This document shows positions 11,837 through 24,236 of a stretch of DNA of 41,988 bases, in pieces; positions within the stretch are counted from its first letter, which is position 1, and the number at the start of each line of letters is the position of its first letter. Source of the DNA: Catajapyx aquilonaris (taxonomy: Eukaryota); assembly GCA_000934665.2 (NCBI GenBank), contig JYFJ02003416.1, forward strand, positions 1 to 41,988, in the 5' to 3' direction. The position numbers and the translations under genes were made by a program. Below the pieces are notes generated by a model. It saw only the letters and a program-made list of their open reading frames with translations. It made no database searches and was not told where the DNA came from.

Positions 11837-13399
11837 CTGCAAGGGAGAAAAATAAAGAGAAAAGAGAAAAGCGAGAAAGAGAAGAGAGAGACAGAGAGAG
11901 AAAAAAAATTAGGAGAGTAAGTCCCCAGCAAGGATCAAGGTGAAGAAGGAGTTGGTCATTGGGCCAGGTGGTGTCAGGGTCTAACAAAATTTAACCTATG
12001 AATCATTTGGTCCTATTTCTTTTTGCCAGTGTTCCAAAATTTCTCTTGGTAATTCTTACTATTTGATACCATTTGAAATATTTAGTGACCCTAGTGTAGC
12101 TTTGTAAATTGTTCCTTGCTTTTGACATGTTTAGTATATGTTGAAGTAATGTCAACTTTGTAGCAATTTCCTGCATTTAATGTGATCTGAGTTGACCAAA
12201 CCAGACTTGATCTGTTTTAAATATTTTAGATTTCTGAAGCTGAACTCTCTACAATGATTTTTAAAAGCAACACAGCAGTCTTCACATAATGATAATCTGC
12301 CTCACAGGACTTGATGAAGGTGAACGATACAAACACCCAAGGATATTCTACCTGTACACCATCATGTAGTCATTATTTAGTCATGTAACTTTTCAAGATA
12401 ATCTAGTTGCCATCCCCTATAGTGTCTGCCGTAAAGTAGGTGACTAAATCAACTGAGTAAGGGCTGGTTGTATTCAAGCAAGTAAAAAAGCGCCTAACTA
12501 GCAGTGAGGTAATCCACAAGTTAGCAAAAACTCTAATTATTTTGCATCTCAAACTGCCACAGAAGGCACTAGGAACTTGACAGAATTTTAATTTGACTCT
12601 TTATGACAATAGTACGTAATGGCCAATTTTTTGGGTTGTGTATTGTTCAATGACTGATTTTTAAAAAAAATGGCTTAACAATGTGGCAACACACCAAATG
12701 GGGCATCATGCTGGCATGCATTACTTTACTATGAAAATTATTGTTCGTAAACAATATGGGACTCAAATAATAATTGGCCATCCCCAACAACTGTCACAAA
12801 AATTCAAGATAAAATTCTCCCACATTCCTAGCCATTCCTAGTGCAAAAAAAAGCAAATTCTGAACTTTCAAGCCCAGGTTTTCACTACTCAGAGAACAGA
12901 ATGCTATTTAAAAACTCAGTTTCACTTTTTCATCTCATATAATTAGGAACAACTTCCAACAGAAATTATCGTGGTACATGGCAAAATCAATCTCAGGAGG
13001 GATCCCTTGCAATATTGCCATTATTCGCTTTAAAATCGTCACAGGAGACTCCAGTAACTCAAATAATTTTCTATCATTTCTAGCAATGTTAAATAAAGCC
13101 AGATCTTTCAAGCTGTATATTGTTCCCTAAAGGTAATATTTATCAAAACAGACAATTTTGCAACACGAGTTACATAAGGTACATAAGGTAGTATGTTACA
13201 TAAGTTTTCTTACATAGGGCAAAACAATAGATTACCATGATTGTGTACATAATGTCATTAATCCAGTTTCAGTGGGCATGTGGGAACTCTGAAATCAGTC
13301 GTCTGCCATTGCCTGAATTTTTTTAAATGAAATGAATGAAGGTTCCTGGCATCCCCTGTGGTCATTGACTAATCAGTAGCTATGCTGACATACAGTATA

Positions 13400-13827
13400 C
13401 ACGGTGAAGGGATTCTCGTGCCCAATCACCAGGTAGACTGATAGTACTCGCAAAACTAATATAGGGATGTGCAATTATGTAGTTAATGCGTACAGCGCCT
13501 TAGAGTGTAGAGTGTCAGATGGTAGGATATGAGGTAAACAATGACCAAGTGCACAGGTGTCACACCCGGATTCTTACTCCGACGGGATTTGATCACCTAG
13601 TGCACACGGGGGGTGTATTACGGGACCAAGGCTGGATTATTTGGAGGCCCTCGAGCTGACTTTTGCTTCTTTGAAACTGGAGGAACAGATGTGACATCAC
13701 AAAACTTCGAAGGCTCCCAACACTTTAACTATGCAATGGCGTCCAAAACTAATTGCACCTTCCTATATTCGTTTTGCAAGTACTATCAATCTACCTGGCG
13801 ATTAGGTGCGAGAATCAATTCACCGTG
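13400..13827. mobile_element. Tc1/mariner-type MITE with ~100-bp imperfect TIRs
   Basis: ta|cacggtgaagggattctcgtgcccaatcaccaggtagactgatagtact ... agtactatcaatctacctggcgattaggtgcgagaatcaattcaccgtg|ta. Confidence 0.8.
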
Positions 13828-16800
13828 TATGCAGCAGGAACATATTAAGAACAACTTTGATGTTGTTCGTCTCTCAAGTGACTGCACCCGTCTTTTCTGA
13901 GTGAGGAAATAAATGACATTGGTACCTGACCCAAATTAAGCAGGGAAGAAAAAATAATATGCATTTACACTACAGTTTATCTGATTCCAATTCCCTCCTG
14001 CCCTGCAGACCGTCACTAGAATACTTTTAAAGTGAATATAGGCGTATAATAAAATTTGGTCACTAAATTTCATCAGAACTGCTGTTAGAACATGACTTGA
14101 TATGATAACTGCCACAAACAACACCCATATCAACTCCTGACCATTCCTCTTCACCCCAACTGAGTTAGAGTAACTGGTAGTGATGTACAGTAGTATTCTG
14201 CCCTTGGACTTTGCTACCCTAAGAAGCTCCATGCAGGGCCTATTGGTAAATTATGCCCCTGCCTCCATACACACAAACTGCTTGTGTCCCACCCTACTAT
14301 TCTAAGGGCTGCACACATGGTCAAACAGGCAAGGGAACAACAAGGTTAAGTAAATTGGTGCATTGTTCCACCTTAATCCATCCTGTCAGGTTTCCCTGCC
14401 AGAAGTGTTAACAAATCTATTGATATGAAACTTGCAAATAATTAGACCTAGTTGAAATATGGCTTCCCCTTTGTGCAAACATTGATTGAAACTCATTTAA
14501 TGGGATGAGTTCATGTTTGGTGAAATGACATCATAAGGTATATAATGCATGCATCAATAACAACTTCCAGTGTTCCAATACTGTCTCCTTTATTTCAGCA
14601 CACTTGTTATAAGACTATGATAGACTCTATACCATAACTTATGCTCCATCCACATAAAAAGACAGAAACAAATGTCTGCATAAATTGACTGCACTGTCAT
14701 GGTTTCACAGGCTGAACAAAATCTTATTGTATGTAGCTTCAGAAAAAATTATGCTTTGTTGCTCTTGCATTCATGTTTCTTACACCTACTGCAACTATCA
14801 CAGCTTCCCAAGTGCCTAGGAAAGCATTCCAGTCACCGTAACTGGTTCTTTTGTACACACTTCCCCTATACAGAAACACCGGATACGTCATTTACACCAA
14901 TCTTTATATAAACATGGATATGATGTATGTAAAACAGTCGACTTTTTGCATGTGGTGGTATGGAATAAGAGTTTACCCGAACTCATGGAAAAATAAAGAT
15001 AGTATAATGTTTTTACACAATAGTCTCACACTTGGGACACCATAAAAAGCATGGGCTCACAACCCATCATTTCAGACAATACATAATACAGCCATTAATT
15101 ACAACAGAAACAGAAAAATAAAAAGTTCACCTACTGCCAATTTATACATTCAATATAAAGAAGCGAGAAAAAAGCTCGTCACCCCTAAAAATCACTGTGC
15201 TTTGTCCTTTTTTCTCGTATACAATTTGCATCAATGGAGTATCATCTCTGGTGCATAAACCTCTAAAAGTGACAAATAGCATTTCTCCCACTCCCCTCCC
15301 TTTCAGTCTAGTGCAGTTAAGCAGACAACTATTATGTACAAATATGTCTCATCCAATATCTACAATCATGTAACAACTTCACCTATAGACTCATGGTAAT
15401 AGCTTGCCACTATTGATCACTATTGATAGTGATACACGTCACGATCTGTACAAGCACATGCACACACTGTATGATGATGGGCTGCGTTTCCCCATTCACA
15501 TTCGAAAATGTTTTGTGTAAAGAACAAACAAACCAAAACACACTCCATCACATGAATACTGCCAAAAAATGAATAGACAATTTCTTTGGCCCTCAGTGCT
15601 GAGTACAACAATTCAAATACTCGGATCATGTTTGTGACACAAGTTGCTGTTTTGTGAACCTTATGTCAATTACCTTTCAGCCCATCCAGATCTCATGTCA
15701 TGTGGCAAAAAGAATTATGTTAAAATAAAATAGGCAATTGGTGATGTGGGAATTGCAGATACATAGTCTTTAGCTCATCAAGCGTCATTTACTGGGTTGA
15801 GAGTACACATTGTAATGTCACATGCCACTTGTAGATACGTTGATGAAGAAAGTAAGGAAGGCAATAAAAACGGAACAGCATGGCATCTTATTACTTCAAA
15901 ATGTCCCTGCAGTTATACGAGGTAGATCTGTGGGTCTGTTATCTTACGGCAATGTCGTGAACCACTGCAAGTTTCTGGGAAAAACTTGCAACAGAACACG
16001 TGAAAATCGCATTGTTGTGTGTACAGTATTGCATGTGGCATTAACAAGGTGTGGTCCCTATTGTCATACTGTTAAATGGCTCTGGAATATTTCAACAGAA
16101 AACTAAACTGCTGGAAACAGATAACCGTCACAATTAAACATTAATTAAAAGTTTCATTTAAAAAAATTACAATGGCAACACTGACTACTAGTAATAATAC
16201 AATACAACTAAATAATACTCACAATAATACTACATAGCAAATAACTGAAAAACGACCCTAGTACCCCATTTCCATATTTTCAAACAGGTGCAACAGATCC
16301 TAATTGGGGTGGGGTTTTGCACAACCACAAGAAGATTACCAGTTATTAGTGGAATGTTCCATTGCAGCACTGCTGCTGAACTTGCAACATGCAATATAAT
16401 CAAGTCCACGTACGGAATCATAACTAGGACTTTCAGTTAATCAGAAAAGGAAAACGTATTTCGCCTTGCTGAATTCATGACACCAGTGTTGTACTTAGGT
16501 TGCAATGCAAAACTTATTTGCCAAGGGCACACAACTCTTGTATAATACGTGTTCATATCAGTTAATTATTTCTTATTTGAGGATAATAGTATGCATAAGT
16601 AGGAACATGATATAAGCTATTCAAACTTCTGTGTTGCAGAAGTTAAATGTCAGGAATACTGAGAGTAGCAGCCATTGTTTTCATTTCCCTGTACATCAGT
16701 CTTCATGCTGTGACCTAATAAATGTTGATGATTTGCAAAACCAGACGGTATAACTTAATTGGTGGCAAGTCTATACACAGTATTACATGGTGCATCACAA

Positions 16801-19800
16801 ATAATTAATTGTAGCATGACACTAAACCCTACTGACTAATGCTGCCCTTGCTGTGAACAACTACTGGTGACATGAATTCAGCAGACATGAGTGTATTCTC
16901 TCAGTCAACAAAACAGAGTCTATTGTTTTCATGGCCTCCAAAGGATTTTGGCATGTGATAGGAACCTTTCATTGCAGAAATAACAAGTTGCATGTTAGGT
17001 AAACAGGAGGTAGTGGAAAGTGTGGGGAAGCTTGGTAATAGGTATTTGTAGGTAAAGATGGGAGTGAGAAGTGTCACTTAAATAAGTTTGCCGCGCCTGA
17101 ATGGCAAGAACTTATACCGCTCCTGCTTAAATTATTACTGGGATCACAACCTACAATTTGTCTACTTGCTATCAGTGTTGTTTCCATTCATTATGAGATT
17201 ACTGAACAGGCAAATCTGCATCATTTTTACACCCATTCGGGCCTTATAAGTTACCCTGTAAAAAAAGCTGACCAGACTCCATAATACTTTCCAGCTCACT
17301 TCCTACTTTACGACACTGACAGATCCAAGTTTCCTTCCTCACATTTTCAACGCTCTGATCCACCACAAAAATATGCACCAGTCAGAGAAACAACTTCAGT
17401 CTACATGCCCTACATTGGACTACAGTAGCGCTAAAAATGTGTATAATACCCGCAGTAGGTAATAAATAATGATGCAACCTTATGGAGGAGATATATGCAA
17501 AGGAAATGTACATACACAATGCAATCATGGTTCTGTGAGGGAATTTGCATTTCACTTGCACCACATATATTCCTCTAATCGTATACTGGTGTTACCAACA
17601 GATTCATGCAGCCTGGAAAATAATGTGATTCCTATTTGTTCCAACATAAAAAAAAACAACCTGAGTTCTACTGCCACATGAAAGTTGGCCTTATGTTGTC
17701 CTATGTCTTACAAAAAAGAGTTATCCTCGCAGCTCCATATTTTTTCTGGAAGTCAACACTAGTAATAATCACAATCTAAGGCATTGTGCACACTTTGCAT
17801 ACATCAAGACACAAACAGCTGTCACCTTAGCATGGCACCCTCCCCTGCCTAATTGTGTACAGCTGGGTTCACACATCAGTAATTAAATAGCTGTGCAACA
17901 GATTACATAATTAGTAGGGACTGTCTGGTTATTTGGTGTTCCTGAGAGGTCACAGGGTAGGCAAGCGGGCAGACAGACAGAGGTGAGGAGTCTGCACTGG
18001 GATGGCATGCCCAAGGGCCATTTTGATCAATCCCAGTCTCCAACAGACAGGCAATCTGCAGTTACACAACAACAGATCACCGACAGACCCTGCCAAGCTG
18101 CAGATCCCAAGGATGTAGCATGCTATGCCTAATGAGACCCGTAACATGTATTGTGTGAAATAGAGCATATTAGTCCAACTAAATTCCTTGGCTCCTCTCA
18201 GCTGCATCCATACCAGTACTTTAGAGTTTAGAATGTTTGCCCCTGCCTGCCTTCATGCCCCTGCCTGCCTTCATTCCCCTTATTCAATAGCCAGTTACTT
18301 GTACCCCTGGAGAGTACATGTTCCCTACAGTCCAAGCAATTTCCACAAAACTGGTTCTTTGAGGCTAAATTATATTGATGCAAATGCATGTGGGAACAAG
18401 AGGTCCTGCCTTTGAGAAAAAGAGAGAGAAAAAAACTCACACAACCATAAAATAGCAGATATGTGAACCCGGCTAAAACAATCAGTGAAATTAAAATCAG
18501 TGTGCTTGCAACACACAGTTATAAAAAGCTTTCTGAAATCATGCTTGATTTCAACGTTGCACATTCAGTTAACAATCTAAAATGCATATGCGAAAGTATA
18601 CAGATGATGTGGGAGGGATCCAGGATCATGTTTCAAGGCGCCATTTGTCAAGTACGTGTATGTGACATGGTTAAACACACCAGTCAGTGAAAATGAAAAT
18701 ACCCCAAGGCCAGTCTTTCAACCTGACAGGAGTGGTGAAAAACTCATTTCTTGGGAAAAAAATGGAAGCAGTTAATTTCTAAACTCTCCAGTGAAAGTAC
18801 CACATATTTTCAGACCTCATCACCAACCACTTGGTGCTTCCTTCAGCACATTCTGAAAGTAATTAATGCAATTAAGTTGCCTGATTTGGGCTCCTTTCTA
18901 AATAAGGTTCCATTCTGAAAATGTTTGTTTTTATGGGATCCAATGAAAATTATGACATAATTACACTATTCTCACTTGTGCCCTTTCATGAGCAGGTCAT
19001 TTAACAACCAATATCTTCATTTCAGAAAGCATTCAGCTTGGGATGTTTCCATTCTCATTGACTCATCTGATAATGTCATACATGGCCTCCCAAAAATCCC
19101 CATCATGTGTGTGGCTGGTATAATTAAAAATCTACACATTACTTTCATTACCAATGGAACTTCCTTGAATACAAAATATGACACTAACCAGAAATGTGTA
19201 ATGGGAATGAAGTACAATGATGGGCAAAATTATCACAGTAACTGGAATTAACCCATTCAAGATGAAACAAGTATTAAATTGTCAACAAAGGCAATTCGTG
19301 AGAATATAGTGACTGATTATGACAAATACTGTATACTCAACATTTAACACCACACCCTCCATGCATGTCTGGTTTGTTGCTTGTTTGTTGATTTGGGACA
19401 TTACTTAATATCAATTTTCAATTGCTTCATAAAATCAATAGCTGGGGAGAAGGGGGGGGGGGGGGTTGATTCTTGTTATTGCTTCCATGACAGGCTACCA
19501 ATGGCACTTGTATATGACATCAGGGCTAATTTTGCAATTCCTCTTGCTAACAATTTCTTCTTCTCAAAATTAAATGAAATTGAAAAATAAAAATTCAGAA
19601 ATGAACTATCATATTACCAAAATTAACTGCTTACTGTAAAATCTCCTAAAATCTCCTGTGACCTCCCCAGTAAGACACTAATATTCTGTGAAGCAGGATT
19701 CCAAAGCCACAAAACTGGTCTTCTGGCCCTTGGTCCCAGTGACTGCAACATTACTGTCTGCCTTGTGACCCTTCACGCATGGTCCATACAATTTTAGTTA

Positions 19801-20900
19801 GACGTGAGCATAGTGAGCTGGGCACATATCGTGGCTTTGCCAATCTGCATCTTATCACGGCATTGGGGAGCCCACCTTATGGCTTTGGAATATTGCTTAT
19901 GTGCTTGTTCAGGAATGTCCAGTCAATGTCCTGAATGTTCAGTGAACATCAAGTGAATGTCTTGACATTGGACCTATGTACTACCAGGTAACAAGTTAAA
20001 TTGATTAATTGATAATCAGGGCATGTACATTTATTAAAATTCAACATTTAAGTATTTGAATGCCAAGAAATGGGAAGTGAACATTCAGTGAACATTCAGA
20101 AGGCAATGGCAGTGTACAGAAATTATGTTCACTGAACATTCACTAGTTATTGGAGCTCATCCTGAGTTAAGGAATTTTAATACATCTTAGCAAGTTAAAT
20201 TTTGCACTTTTCCCTTTCATCCAATGTCTTACCTCTACTGAACTTATATTTGGAAAAAGTAAAATCAGGGGAAAAAAAATCTTATTCAATACATATCGCT
20301 CAATGTAAAATTGTGAACAATGTTGTGTTTCATTAACTTCTCAATGCCCAACACAAGTCCAACTCTCATTCTTGATTAAGCTTTTCATGATGTCAGAAAT
20401 CCAGAAAATTCTCAAAAATTTTGCAGTTAGAGAGGAGGGCGGGGGAGGGGGGAAGAGAGAAAATGGAGAGCTTATTTCATAGAACTGCAGCTACACCAAA
20501 ACATGCAGCAGGAGGTATGGTGTTTTAAGAAACTAATTCAGTGTGCATTATCCTCTCACATAATTGTAATCCTTAAAGTCATTTATAATTTTCCATGAAC
20601 TATTGTTGTATGACTATGTTGTGAATTTTAAAATTAGTGTCAATTGGGAGCAATTTGTTCAGCCATTCACTAGTAGATTATATATTTGGCTCCTAAAGGT
20701 GACAGAAAATACCACTCACAAAAATGATTGGAAATTTTGGGAGCATGACCCATGTATACAACTTGGCCTACGCAACATAATACTGAACATACTTAGGGAA
20801 AGTAATAGATTGGGAAAGATGGATTGCATCACACCAGTCACAACTCCCCTGCTTTCCCCAACAATTTTAAAGCAGCCATTAAAACAATAGCATAAATTAA

Positions 20901-21445
20901 TCACAGTGGTTCTGGAATGTGGGGCAACTCTGAATGGTGCAGCTTGATATGCTCAAGCAGCCTGAACTTGTACTTGGTGCGCCGCTCACAGAAGGGGCAC
21001 TGGAATTTGGGCTCCACCCCGCACTCGAAGTGAATGTGGCGGTTCAGGCTGCTCCGGCTCATGTATGGACGGCTGCACTTGGGGCATGACAGGCGCGCTT
21101 CTGACATCACAAGTGCACCTCCCAAGCCTGCCCCTGGGCTAGCCTTGGGAAGTGGCACTCCCCCCCACATTTGAAGCATGCCAACGCTGCCCTCCCTCTC
21201 CTGCAACACGACCTGGGGCTCCACCATGGCTGTTCTTTGGTGGTGGTAGTGGTGGTGGCTGCCATTCGGGGGTGGGGTGGTAGTAGCGGGTAGTTGTGCT
21301 TGTGATGGTGGTGGGGGGGCTGCGGTGGTGGTGGTAGTGGTGGTGGTAGTGGTGCCACCTCCCAGGGCGAGCAAAGCTGTCTGGCAGCGGAAGGAGGAGG
21401 CGAAAAGTACCTGCAGCTGCTTAGAAGGAGACTGGGGACTTGCCT
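20901..21445 (-). CDS. lola: lola-like alternative terminal exon ZF-6 (poly-T/P/H low-complexity N-terminal part)
   Basis: Acceptor cttctcccttctactttccag|AG GCA (phase 1), open in frame into LSCPKCSRPYMSRSSLNRHIHFECGVEPKFQCPFCERRTKYKFRLLEHIKLHH. Confidence 0.87.
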
Positions 21446-22550
21446 CTGGAAAGTAGAAGGGAGAAGCGCAAGTTTTATTACTCTTTTGGCTTTGGGGCGG
21501 GAGGTGCAGGGTGTTAATAAGGTGATGGTGTGGGGCGTGTCCAAACCAAGGTGATAGAAAAGAGAAAGAGTGACAGAGAGAGCAGGGTTAAGGTACAGGA
21601 TGGCTGAATCTGGCAACTTCTAAGCAGCAGAGGTGCTTTTCGTCCTTTTTTTCTTTGCACTCACATATAACAACCTCCTTCAGACAGACATTGCTACCTT
21701 ACAAGCCTACTCATGCTTTTAAAAAAAGGAATATATATATATCTAGCCCAGCACCACATGCAAATGAGAAATAATCATAGCAAAAAGAAGCAAAGGATCA
21801 TCAAAACAACGTCCTGAGACATGGTGCAATGAATTTTCCAGCATCTTGACACAACTCCCACATTTAGCCTGCCACCTCTTTTCTTTCCCCACCTAGCCAG
21901 TGCCACAGTAGTGCAAAACCCCTACTGCTGCAACAATACTAGTGCCACAATGGGATGGTCAAAACTGTCAAAAATCCTCAGTTATCCACTGATCAGTAGT
22001 GTGGTAACAATTCTGTGCTCAAAAATGTTTCATTTTCAGAATATGAGCCTGAAGACTTTTGATAGTTAAGTAAGAAGGGCCCCTTACCAGAATTGAGGGG
22101 TGTGGTGGAAAAAGGTGTTGACCCACAAAAGTGTAATTTTTCAGGAGATTGTATTGAAGTTGCATTCTCTTCACAAATCATAGGGAATGCAAGTTTTGAT
22201 CTAGTCCGTGTTGTCGCATCGTGCATGATACGTGGACTTGTAGTTTGCCGTGTATTTTTTATAGTTGCTAGGTGTTTAGGTCAAAAATGACAAAAATGAG
22301 GGTTGTCACCTTTTTCCACCACGCCCCTCAATTAACTTTTGGCTTGGATGGAGGTTGGAATGCAAAAATGTGGGAAAAAGTGAACCTTCCAACCTTTGCA
22401 GTCAGGTGCCCCCAAACCAGGCAGGGTGTTACAGAAATCCCCTTAAACACCCGAATTGCTAAATTTTTGGCAGGAGGGAGGAATTTTAAAAAAGAAAGAG
22501 AAGAAACTCACATGTATGATGCACGTGTGTTAATTAAGAAGAAAAAAAAA

Positions 22551-22981
22551 CTACTTTTGATGCGTTCTCATGTGCAGGATGAGGTTGTGCTTGTGCTTAG
22601 ACTTTTTGTGGCAGATGGGGCACTCAAACTTGGGCTCCACCCCACACTCGAACTTCAAGTGTCGGCTGAGACTGTGCGCCCGGGCATAGGTGTTCCCACA
22701 TTTGCTACAGGAGAAGATGGGTGAGTTGGCACCCCCCTGGTCTCCACCTCCACCACTTCCAACACTTGGCCTGCCCCCTGCGGCCACAGCCTCGCTAAGG
22801 GCACGCCGCTTCAGTACATGAAGGTCGAGCCCACTCAGCTCAGGGGCCAGCGAAAGGGCAGACATTACGTCAAACCTGCTCCCGGGGCTCGCTAGCAGCC
22901 TGGCAAACGATTCCGTGGCATGAAACAGTCCCGTGGTTTGCCCCGCATGCATCCCCGTAACGCCGCGAGTCCCAACCGACT
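22551..22981 (-). CDS. lola: lola-like alternative terminal exon ZF-7
   Basis: Acceptor ttctccattctcattttcag|AG TCG (phase 1). Encodes FSCSKCGNTYARAHSLSRHLKFECGVEPKFECPICHKKSKHKHNLILHMRTHQK, which from recall resembles a conserved insect lola isoform. Confidence 0.92.
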
Positions 22982-23964
22982 CTGAAAATGAGAATGGAGA
23001 AAAGGGACTGTTAGGGGGGTGGCAAATCTGTTTTCGCATTGACTTATTTCTTTTAATCCCTCTCCTGCTCTCTACTTGTACATGTCAATTGCTCCCCACA
23101 CTCAATATTGTTAATTTGGTAGAACATTAATAAGCACAACAACCATGGGCACACATGAGAACTCTTTTTATAAGTCCATGTGCATCTAAGTTTCTCATTC
23201 TTCCTTCCTCCCCCTATCCAGAGGATAATTCAGGTTGTCAGATTAATAATAATACAGTACTACTTGCCTCTGCAATGGAAAGGAGTGGCAGATGCCCTGG
23301 ATCTACATTTGTGACCTAACGATCAGAACTCCTCACATCTTAGTGGTCTATGAAGCAGTTGTGGGAAACTTATGCGGGTGAGAGAGATTCATGAGCAATA
23401 AACTGTGTACAAAGTATTCCAGTTTTATTTGTCCCACGTCAACTTCATCCAGTCAGTAAAGGCTACAACAATCTAGTTTTGGTCTTTGTGACATATTTTT
23501 TCCCCAAAACTATGAGACATCATTACTGTACATTCCTAGTACATCTATTCTATACCACCAACACAAACAAAATCAACAATCTCAGATAATGTCATCCTTA
23601 TGCAACTTAAACATGGTCCACCTCTACATCTTCAGCTGGAAGTGACTAGACACATCTTTCCCTACTGCCTCAAAAACTTCCTCTCAATATTATCAATTTT
23701 GTAAACACAGCTCAGGTGACAAACTCCAAGACTGTGTCCTCATGGCATGATAAGTTAAATGAGAATAATTTATACCTCAATCACTTTCTCCGGATAAAAT
23801 AATTTGTAAACATCTTCAATAAAAAAGAAGCAAAATAAAATTATCACAAAGCACACTACACTGTCACCTTTCACAAAGTCCTTCCCCCCACGCCATACCA
23901 CCAGGAATAAAGTACATTCAAAAATATGTGTACTGCACTTCAATCTGTGCCTTTCCTAATTTGG

Positions 23965-24236
23965 TCACGTTTTCATCCCATGCTTGAGATTAATATGCAG
24001 CCTAAGCTGATCAGATCGTTTGAATTTCCCCCCACAAAAGAAGCACACAAACTGCCGCTCCACCCCACATTCGAACCTCATGTGGCGCTTCAGAGTGCTG
24101 ACCACTTTGTACCTTCTTCCACACTGGGGGCACACATAACTATCACCAACAATTTGGGTGGTTCCCGTAGCGGCCGACTGATCCAACTGACTCCCTCCCA
24201 ATGATCTAATGTCAATCTCTTGGGGGGCTGTCAGCT
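23965..24236 (-). CDS. lola: lola-like alternative terminal exon ZF-8
   Basis: Acceptor ctcttgtctctttgcag|AG CTG (phase 1). Encodes YVCPQCGRRYKVVSTLKRHMRFECGVERQFVCFFCGGKFKRSDQLRLHINLKH. Confidence 0.9.

Noticed and set aside
19905..20145. Recurring aacattcagtgaac/gttcactgaacatt motifs
   Set aside because: Irregular spacing and mixed orientation. Likely a degraded transposon subterminal repeat, not a CRISPR-like or ordered array.
21448..21660. Acceptor-masking hairpin for ZF-6
   Set aside because: The pairing relies on G-T matches on the plus strand, which become A-C mismatches in the minus-strand RNA.
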